From an uncultured archaeon (lineage in GTDB: Archaea > Asgardarchaeota > Lokiarchaeia > Sigyniarchaeales > SOKP01): a stretch of 21,830 bases of DNA. Each line of letters opens with the position of its first letter. The first letter of the stretch is position 1. Position numbers and translations under genes: made by a program. Positions 9,153-15,975 of the stretch are shown here, piece by piece. The stretch spans positions 1-21,830 of the forward strand of contig CAZBPC010000054.1 of the NCBI GenBank assembly GCA_964493715.1, in the 5' to 3' direction. The notes under the pieces were generated by a model, which saw only the letters and a program-made list of their open reading frames with translations, searched no databases and had not been told where the DNA came from.

Positions 9153-9207
9153 TAATCCGCAGCCAAGGAAGCAAAATTCTAATAAGAACTATTCCCTTGG
9201 CGGACTA
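9153..9207 (-). promoter_or_regulatory. Long GC-enriched RNA stem-loop in the coaD-pheS intergenic region
   Basis: Minus strand: TAGTCCGC/GCGGATTA (8 bp), GCT bulge, CAAGGGA/TTCCTTG (7 bp), then AGTTCT/AGAATT closing a TATT loop. Three G-U pairs on the minus strand would be A-C mismatches on the plus strand. Confidence 0.65.
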
Positions 9208-9284
9208 AAAAAGTTTAACATAAATGAAGCTTGTTTGAATAATCTACTTTTCGATAAGGTTAAATTCAAAATTAAATGACTCAT
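9189..9284 (-). CDS. Candidate leader peptide / small ORF MSHLILNLTLSKSRLFKQASFMLNFFSPPRE (or MLNFFSPPRE from ATG 9221)
   Basis: Translated by hand. It has four Phe in the last 16 residues, a TATA-like TATAATATAAATA starting 31 nt upstream of the ATG, and its stop lies inside the stem-loop. Translation is unproven. Confidence 0.35.
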   Translation of the reverse strand: MSHLILNLTLSKSRLFKQASFMLNFFSPPRE

Positions 9285-9317
9285 AATTAACAAGCTTTCA
9301 TATATTTATATTATACT

Positions 9318-9340
9318 AAAAGAAAAGGAAACTAAAAAAG
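9318..9340 (-). terminator. Oligo-T archaeal-type terminator after coaD
   Basis: CTTTTTTAGTTTCCTTTTCTTTT follows the coaD stop within a few nt on the minus strand. Confidence 0.5.
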
Positions 9341-9344
9341 TTAA

Positions 9345-9785
9345 CTACTGCAGTGTTGCTCTAATTGAAGTAGAGCTTATTTTATTCTTGTTCTTATCAA
9401 GAATTAAAGGAATCACGATTATGATTAATGGTTTAAAACCCTTTTCTTCTCTGATCTGGTTAATGTTTAAAGCGCCTTGATAGGTCTCTTGACTAACTAT
9501 AATTCCTTCATAATCTGCTTCATTTATAGGAGGTCCATAAGGATCCTCTAATTTTACTATTTCTACTCTTGACAAATCTGACGTATCAGAGATGTAGAAT
9601 TTTAAAAATTCTAATCGCTTTTGATAGTTTTCGATTTTGGAGTGGAATTTCTTTTTTGTTAAGAGGTTATCACTTGTCAACCCAATCACTACCTTTTCGG
9701 ATAATGATAAAGCAATCATTATTAAAGATTTATGACCATCATGTAAATGATCGAAAGTTCCTCCTATTCCAACTTTTTTTAAAAT
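9345..9785 (-). CDS. coaD: Phosphopantetheine adenylyltransferase, archaeal/eukaryotic type
   Basis: The frame extends 22 codons upstream of the ORF-track ATG (9719): ILKKVGIGGTFDHLHDGHKSLI, containing the HxGH motif. It also has IGLTSD, LEDPYGP, IIVSQET and KISSTSIR. The start is placed at ATT 9785, 7 nt after GGTGG (uncertain). Confidence 0.92.
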   Translation of the reverse strand: MLKKVGIGGTFDHLHDGHKSLIMIALSLSEKVVIGLTSDNLLTKKKFHSKIENYQKRLEFLKFYISDTSDLSRVEIVKLEDPYGPPINEADYEGIIVSQETYQGALNINQIREEKGFKPLIIIVIPLILDKNKNKISSTSIRATLQ

Positions 9786-9818
9786 TTTAGGACCACCTTC
9801 GCTCTTTTGAGGAAAAGT

Positions 9819-10253
9819 TTAAGTTTTAGCTTGTGCGGTATCTTTCAATTTTGTTTCTTTGGCTTGTTTCTTTGCTACTGATTTTTTCAGCTTAACACTA
9901 TAGATTTGGCTTATTTTCATTGTATCATTGCAATTTTCACATGAATCAACGATTTTAAAAACGAAATCACCAGATTCGTAATTTCTTACCTTTGTTAGTT
10001 CACACTTCTCGCACTTTAAAATAGATAAAGTCTGTCTTGTTGGTTCTTCTTCTTTTTTTTTGACTTGAATCAATGTAGAACCAATACAAATCAAAGTGAA
10101 TCCAATAAAGAAATTATTCATTTGACCGGCATCACCCAGATATATAAAAAGCGCTCCAACAATAATTAATGCGATTAATACCACATTTTTCAAAACCTTC
10201 TTGGTTGATACTCCTTTTTTTAAGATTTCATCGTCATCTTCTTCGTCAATCAT
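9819..10253 (-). CDS. Archaeal-type membrane protein with two TM helices and a C-terminal zinc ribbon
   Basis: Two hydrophobic segments followed by CEKC...R-YESGDFVFK...CENC...MKISQIY. It is transcribed divergently from the DUF1512 gene. Confidence 0.75.
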   Translation of the reverse strand: MIDEEDDDEILKKGVSTKKVLKNVVLIALIIVGALFIYLGDAGQMNNFFIGFTLICIGSTLIQVKKKEEEPTRQTLSILKCEKCELTKVRNYESGDFVFKIVDSCENCNDTMKISQIYSVKLKKSVAKKQAKETKLKDTAQAKT

Positions 10254-10384
10254 AAAATTAGTTCTCTAAATAGGTTTATCTTTATAATAGAAAAGAATAA
10301 AAGATTAAATAAATTTTGTTATTATGAAAACTAAATCGCTAAAACCGAAGGATTTAGGACTTTTAAAAATATGGAAGGATTGTA

Positions 10385-11530
10385 ATGATTTACATGTTAA
10401 TGATAACGCAAACGGACCCGTTAAGTTTAGTAATTAACTTGCTTTTTTTCGTAATGATCTTCATGTCAATGTTTTACGGTACAAAAATTCAGATGTGGCG
10501 GTCATCCAAAGAGGTCGAAGCAGGATTAGAAAAACTAAAAACATGGAATGACGAATGCAAAGAGATTTTGTTGAAAGTATTCAAAAAATACGCTGATACA
10601 AAGGAAATGGATAAAGATTTACAGTTAAAACTTGAAGATTTTCTCTCATTTATAACGATTGAACCTGTATCGCTTGATCCATATGGGATAATACCAAAAT
10701 TAGATCATATCATTGACGTAAGAGATGATCGATTTAAAGAAGAAGTTGCCATATTAGCTCCGAATGTGACTCCAGGAAGTCCTGAAGCTCAAAATTTGGA
10801 GAATATAGTTGAAGCTGCTGGAGCGGTGGACTATATTTATCGACTAATTAAACACTTCTTAATTATGGGAAAAAAGTCAAAATCATACATACTTTTAATG
10901 CAGATCTCTATGCAATTATCTATAATTTTAGGGATGGCAAAGAGTTATTATAGAGCGACTAAGGCTTTTTCAGAAGGCAGTCCAATAGGTGATGGTTTGG
11001 GACCCATGGTAGCAGGGAGTTTTGTACGAAATGTTGCTCAGAAAGATGATGTTAAAGCATTAGAAATCGCGAAAGATACAATTGTGCAAGAAGTAGATTT
11101 CGAAGATCGAACTGTATATATTGTTAGGGCAAAAGGACCCGGAGGAACAGTTGGAAAACCTGGCACTGCTATTAAAAACTTGGTTGAAGACCAAGATAAA
11201 AACATATCTCGTATTTTCATGATTGATGCTGGTCTAAAACTTTCAAGTGATAAAACAGGATCTATTGTTGTTGGTGTAGGAGCGGCCATAGGCGGAATTG
11301 GTGTCGAAAAATATTATATAGAAGATTCGAGTACAAAAAAGACTATCCCGATTGATGCAATTATATGCCGCCAATCACTTGAAAATGCCATCACCGTTAT
11401 GACACGACCCATAACACAATCCGTGCCCGCCATTGTAGAAAAAATTAAGATGGGAATACGAAAAAGAACAGAAAAGGGTTCTAAAATAATCGTGGCGGGA
11501 ATTGGTAACACTATAGGTGTTGGTGTTTAA
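10385..11530 (+). CDS. DUF1512 family protein (N-terminal TM helix)
   Basis: I-PVSLDPYGIIPKL-H, G-PIGDGLGPMVA, AKGPGGTVGKPG, IDAGLKL, GVGAAIGGIGVEK and IIVAGIGNTIGVG recognised as the archaeal DUF1512 family. Confidence 0.85.
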   Translation: MIYMLMITQTDPLSLVINLLFFVMIFMSMFYGTKIQMWRSSKEVEAGLEKLKTWNDECKEILLKVFKKYADTKEMDKDLQLKLEDFLSFITIEPVSLDPYGIIPKLDHIIDVRDDRFKEEVAILAPNVTPGSPEAQNLENIVEAAGAVDYIYRLIKHFLIMGKKSKSYILLMQISMQLSIILGMAKSYYRATKAFSEGSPIGDGLGPMVAGSFVRNVAQKDDVKALEIAKDTIVQEVDFEDRTVYIVRAKGPGGTVGKPGTAIKNLVEDQDKNISRIFMIDAGLKLSSDKTGSIVVGVGAAIGGIGVEKYYIEDSSTKKTIPIDAIICRQSLENAITVMTRPITQSVPAIVEKIKMGIRKRTEKGSKIIVAGIGNTIGVGV

Positions 11531-11690
11531 TTTATAAGGTTTTTATCACTAATTTTTCATTACTTTTATGTCTTTAATATTTTTTTTCATATTTGATATT
11601 TAATCATTTGAAGAAAATTAATTAATACAGACTGAATTAAAGTTAATTAATATGTTTTAAAAATCAAAAAATTAAAAGTGAGAAAAAATA

Positions 11691-12149
11691 ATGAAAGTAT
11701 TTTCTGAAGAATGGGCTAGAGCTTATGTTGCTGCTATAAATAATAATGCAAATTATAAAGCTGCTGCTTCTTGGTGGGAAGGGGACTTCCTATTTATAGT
11801 TGAACCTAGTGGTAAATTAACAAAAGAGATCAAAATGTTCATAGGATTATACAAGGGAGATTGTACAGGAGCAAAAATATTAGGTCCAGAAGAAAAACAT
11901 GTTGTTTTAAAGCCAGGATCCGATCCAGTACCTTTAAAAGAAGGTGAACCCCCGGCAGTCGAATTTGTCTTTTCAGGAACGTATGATAATTGGTTAAAAG
12001 TGTTAAAGAAGGAACTCGATCCAATTCAAGGTTTAATGGCTGGAAAATTCAAACTAGTGGGAAACATGGCGAAAGTCATGCGTGCCACGAAAGCAGCACA
12101 GGAACTTGTTAATAGTACCGCAGTAATGAGCGGTGTTGAGTATTACTAA
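11691..12149 (+). CDS. SCP2 sterol/lipid-binding domain protein
   Basis: FSEEWA...IN-N-Y...A-WEGDF, FVFSGTYDNW-VL-ELDPIQGLMAGKFKLVGNMAKVMR. Confidence 0.88.
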   Translation: MKVFSEEWARAYVAAINNNANYKAAASWWEGDFLFIVEPSGKLTKEIKMFIGLYKGDCTGAKILGPEEKHVVLKPGSDPVPLKEGEPPAVEFVFSGTYDNWLKVLKKELDPIQGLMAGKFKLVGNMAKVMRATKAAQELVNSTAVMSGVEYY

Positions 12150-12156
12150 TCTAACA

Positions 12157-12180
12157 TCTTTCTTTTTATTTTCTAATTTT
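12157..12180 (+). terminator. Oligo-T terminator after the SCP2 gene
   Basis: TCTTTCTTTTTATTTTCTAATTTT begins 7 nt after the stop. Confidence 0.45.
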
Positions 12181-12303
12181 ATATTTCTACAAATTCATCT
12201 ATAAATCCATTAAACTAAAATATTAATTGGACTATGGAAAGATTATTATATTTTATTCAATATTTATCATAACAAAATATCTAATGATAAATGTGAAAAA
12301 AAA

Positions 12304-13317
12304 ATGGGCTTATCTAGTAAAAACTTTATTGTCAAGGATTTAGTCATTGATGACGAATATGGAACTATAGATTCCACAGCTTCAATACAAGATGCAGCCA
12401 AAAAAATGAAAGAGTTAGGAGTACCAGATCTAGTAGTTATAAAAAATAATAGGGAGAACGTTCTCGGTGTAATTGCTGATTTTGATATCGTTCAGAACAT
12501 TGTAGCAGAAGGAATTGATCCAAAAGCTACAAGTGTAATCTCTGCAATGTATAAAATCCAACCTGTTTCTCTTGATACACCCGTCACAGAAGCATTCACA
12601 AGAATGCAAGGGTTACATGTAAATGTTGTACCCGTGGTCTCTGACAACAAGTTGATTGGGGTATGCACCATTCAAGATTGTTGGAGCTACATTCCTGATG
12701 TGGATGTGGATGAGGTAGGATTGATACCCGTTACAAATACGAGGAATGCTGAATTTTGGTTTGCTAGTACAAGTTCAATATTAGGTTTTGTACTGGGTAT
12801 TTTATTACCCTTAATCGGTGTATATGGATTTTTTATAGGGAATCAAGCCGAACTCTTAAGTTTCTTTGGCATGGCTGATATACGAGGTGGGGTGTTAACT
12901 TTTGAATTATTTGAAACACGTGGAACTGATTTTCTAGTACCGTTTCTTAATTTAGTGGCACGAAATGGTGTTATTTGGGTATTTATAGTGATCTGTAGCT
13001 TTCTTGTACTGACATTTGGCATACTAGGATTGTTTTCCCTCATATATGCAAGTTTTTCAGATGCAAGAAATATTCGTATCGGAAAGATCGTGCGCTCAAT
13101 AATTCCCCATCTTTTAGTGGGTTTCTTGGTACTAGAATGGATCCTTTTTGGAATTGCTTTTGCAATAGCGTATCCTCACGCGAATGTACTTATAGATGGA
13201 TTAGGTTTAACAATGTCAATCATTTCGATGTTACTCTTTTTAGGAGCAATTTATAGAGATTACATATTTCGCCAAAAAGGAAGCGCTGAGACTTTAACCA
13301 ATGAGGTGAAAAATTAA
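12304..13317 (+). CDS. CBS-pair (Bateman) domain fused to a C-terminal membrane domain of about 4 TM helices
   Basis: Residues ~10-128 form two CBS motifs (ASIQDAAKKMKE...LVV...LGVIADFDI; TPVTEAF-RM...VPVV...LIGVCTIQD), followed by four long hydrophobic segments. Confidence 0.82.
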   Translation: MGLSSKNFIVKDLVIDDEYGTIDSTASIQDAAKKMKELGVPDLVVIKNNRENVLGVIADFDIVQNIVAEGIDPKATSVISAMYKIQPVSLDTPVTEAFTRMQGLHVNVVPVVSDNKLIGVCTIQDCWSYIPDVDVDEVGLIPVTNTRNAEFWFASTSSILGFVLGILLPLIGVYGFFIGNQAELLSFFGMADIRGGVLTFELFETRGTDFLVPFLNLVARNGVIWVFIVICSFLVLTFGILGLFSLIYASFSDARNIRIGKIVRSIIPHLLVGFLVLEWILFGIAFAIAYPHANVLIDGLGLTMSIISMLLFLGAIYRDYIFRQKGSAETLTNEVKN

Positions 13318-13319
13318 AA

Positions 13320-14840
13320 ATGCCTCGTGGGGGTGGCAGTAGAGGAGGTGGAGGTTTTCGAGGCGGTAGTATGGGTGGAGGATTTCGAGGTGGAGGATTT
13401 CGAGGTGGAGCTGGTAGCTTTAGAACCGGTGGACGACCCAGTGGGGTCCCATTTGGAAGGACGGGATCAACAAGAATAGTCTCAAGATCACCAAGTGGAC
13501 CTTATAGACACTCATATTACGGTCCAAGTCGAAGATATTACGGATACGGTCGGGGATATTATGGATATGGATTTTACAGACCATGGTATCGGAGATGGTG
13601 GTATTCCCCGATGTGGGCGGGTTATTATTATCGACCTTGGTATTATTCTCCAATGTATGTTGGTGGAGGAGTCATCTTTGCGATTATTTTCTCCTTGATA
13701 TTATTACCCTTGCTTGGTGTTGCAATATGGTTTCCCTTCAGCTCAGCAGATAATTCTGGTTATGTAACCTATCGTTCAACTGAAACATTAGATTTAAATG
13801 ACTATTGGTATGAATATGAAAACATTAAAGCAGGTAATGATATAACTTATTCAGTTCAATCTTACTCCAGTGATATAACTTTTGCGATCTGGGACAATCC
13901 ATTCGAGATGCTTCCAAGAACTACGAAAATTGGTGGTGATGCAAATAATATCAATCTCATTTACAATGAATTTCAATATTACTTAATTTATTTAAGACTT
14001 GGGTCTTCTCTTACGTATAATTTTAATGCATCAAGCTCTATTGATTTCTTTATAGCTGATAGTTATGATATGGATGAATGGAATACAGGAAGTTCACCAG
14101 TATTTTACGTAGATGATCCAAACACAGTCACAGGAAATGGTGTATTACCTATTTCAGTAGCGAATTATTATTATGTCGTATGGTATAATGATCTAGCATC
14201 TCCCGTTGATGTGAATTATACGATTACGTATTCTGCGGCGAATGTTGTGAGCTTTACCAGTACTAATTTTTTTATTGAATCAGTAGACACAGTATCAACG
14301 AACTCTTTTACGGTTCCAACTGATGGTAATTGGTATTTTTTTGTATACTTCGATCCAATGAACTATGATCCATTGATCTCTCTTGAAGAGAGCACGACAA
14401 TCACATTTGATGTAACCTATGACACGGGGATTACGAGTGTTGATAGATGGTTAGATGTGCAGCCATTCTTGATCACTCTAATTGTCGTTGTAGGGATTAT
14501 AATCATTGTTGCCTTTGTCGCACGCAAGAGCCAGAAGAAACTCAAGACTAAACCAGAAGCAAACGTATCTCCAAAAACTGAAAAAACCCTGACAACAGAA
14601 CCAGTATCTCAAACAGTCAAACAACAACCTGAAACGACTTTAAAATGCGTGCGATGTGGATCAAAATTAAAACCAGATTCTCAATACTGTCCAAATTGTG
14701 GAGGAAAAGTAGAGGGAAGAAAAATTGGTGAATCAGGAGTAATAACCCCGGCAGAATCCAAAATATGTTCATATTGCGGAAGTAAAGTCACACCGGGAGC
14801 AAACTTTTGCAAGTGGTGCGGAACTCCAATAGCTAATTAA
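13320..14840 (+). CDS. Two-TM membrane protein with an N-terminal RGG- and Tyr-rich low-complexity region, an external beta-rich domain and C-terminal double zinc ribbons
   Basis: Five RGG motifs in the first 31 aa, a Y/R/W/G-rich stretch to ~aa 113, TM helices at ~116-140 and ~383-401, and CVRC/CPNC plus CSYC/CKWC. A GAGGTGA RBS lies 10 nt upstream, inside the CBS gene. Confidence 0.85.
   Translation: MPRGGGSRGGGGFRGGSMGGGFRGGGFRGGAGSFRTGGRPSGVPFGRTGSTRIVSRSPSGPYRHSYYGPSRRYYGYGRGYYGYGFYRPWYRRWWYSPMWAGYYYRPWYYSPMYVGGGVIFAIIFSLILLPLLGVAIWFPFSSADNSGYVTYRSTETLDLNDYWYEYENIKAGNDITYSVQSYSSDITFAIWDNPFEMLPRTTKIGGDANNINLIYNEFQYYLIYLRLGSSLTYNFNASSSIDFFIADSYDMDEWNTGSSPVFYVDDPNTVTGNGVLPISVANYYYVVWYNDLASPVDVNYTITYSAANVVSFTSTNFFIESVDTVSTNSFTVPTDGNWYFFVYFDPMNYDPLISLEESTTITFDVTYDTGITSVDRWLDVQPFLITLIVVVGIIIIVAFVARKSQKKLKTKPEANVSPKTEKTLTTEPVSQTVKQQPETTLKCVRCGSKLKPDSQYCPNCGGKVEGRKIGESGVITPAESKICSYCGSKVTPGANFCKWCGTPIAN
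13347..13410 (+). repeat. Coding 15-nt repeat GGTGGAGGATTTCGA (GGGFR)
   Basis: Exact tandem copies at 13374-13388 and 13389-13403, a partial copy at 13404-13410, and a one-mismatch copy at 13347-13361. Confidence 0.85.
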
Positions 14841-14875
14841 ATCATCATCCCCAAATATTAAATTTAAATAACTAA

Positions 14876-14889
14876 TTTTTCTTTTTTTT
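14876..14889 (+). terminator. Oligo-T terminator after the CBS/RGG gene pair
   Basis: TTTTTCTTTTTTTT lies about 35 nt after the stop. Confidence 0.45.
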
Positions 14890-15006
14890 AAATCTTTTAA
14901 TGCTTTTATATATCTTCTAAGCTATTCATTTATAATCTCTGAATAACTTTTTTATACAATTAACATTTTGTAATATAAATCAAAACCTATATAATCCCGA
15001 TTCTCA

Positions 15007-15810
15007 ATGGCGTTAATTGATAAAGATTTATCAACAATAGTAAAAAAGAGTATTTACTTTTTTGATCTCGATGGTACGACATATTTAGGGGATACGCTAT
15101 TTGAAGGCGTGTTGGAGTTAATAGAACTTCTCAAAAAAAAGAAAAAGAAATTTTTTTTTCTCTCAAATAACTCGAGCAAATCTACTAAAGATTATCTAAT
15201 CAAATTAAAAAATCTTAACATTGATATATCGCAGGAAAATCTGATTTTATCTCAGCATCCAACCATCGATTATTTAAAAAAAAAGTCCTTTAAGAGAATT
15301 TTCTTGATGGGTACTGAATCGCTTAAAGAAGAATTTAGAGAACAAGGATTTATTTTATCCGAAAATGATCCCGAAATTGTAGTACTTGCGTTTGATCAGG
15401 AGTTAACATATGATCGTTTAGTCAAAGCAGCGATCTTACTCCAAAATGATATTCCCTATATTGCAACCCATTTAGACAACAGATGCCCTACTAAGAACGG
15501 ATACATACCTGATGCTGGAGGAATAGCTGCTTTGCTTAATAAAGCCACGGAAAGGATGCCAAGAGTCTTTGGTAAACCAAACAAAGAAATGATTCTTTTC
15601 AAACTTGATTCATTGAATATTGATCCCAGCAATGCCGCTATGTTCGGAGATCGATTATATACTGATATAAAAATGGGAATAAATGCAGGAGTTACAACAT
15701 GTTGCGTGTTATCAGGAGAAACCACTTTGAGCATGATTAATGAGAGTGAAGAATTTAAACCAGACTTCACTATCGAGGGTATATGGGATCTTCTGGATGC
15801 TTTGAAATAA
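15007..15810 (+). CDS. HAD-IIA hydrolase, NagD family (nucleotide/sugar phosphatase)
   Basis: FDLDGTTY, LSNNSS, IPDAG, FGKPN, FGDRLYTDI, VLSGET. Confidence 0.93.
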   Translation: MALIDKDLSTIVKKSIYFFDLDGTTYLGDTLFEGVLELIELLKKKKKKFFFLSNNSSKSTKDYLIKLKNLNIDISQENLILSQHPTIDYLKKKSFKRIFLMGTESLKEEFREQGFILSENDPEIVVLAFDQELTYDRLVKAAILLQNDIPYIATHLDNRCPTKNGYIPDAGGIAALLNKATERMPRVFGKPNKEMILFKLDSLNIDPSNAAMFGDRLYTDIKMGINAGVTTCCVLSGETTLSMINESEEFKPDFTIEGIWDLLDALK

Positions 15811-15975
15811 CCATTAAATTCCCATTGGTCTCATGTTCAGTAATTCGAAAATTTTATTTCTTAATGGATATTATTACATATATCATGCTAAAGGCTTTAC
15901 AAAAAGACCTTTTAAATAAAAGTTCTTACTTTAATTGATTAAATTTTACATGATAATATAATAGTGATTAGATAA

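Noticed and set aside
9153-9207. SECIS element
   Set aside because: There is no AUGA/GA kink-turn core, and neither coaD nor the upstream gene has an in-frame TGA.
9153-9301. T-box riboswitch upstream of pheS
   Set aside because: There is no GGTGGNACC T-box consensus, no clear specifier loop and no terminator hairpin with a U-tract. The only TGGN in the stem is TGGC, which does not match the usual ACCA end of tRNA-Phe.
13327-13460. G-rich tract as an RNA G-quadruplex or foreign insert
   Set aside because: It is fully explained by Gly/Arg codons of the RGG region and consists mostly of GG doublets.
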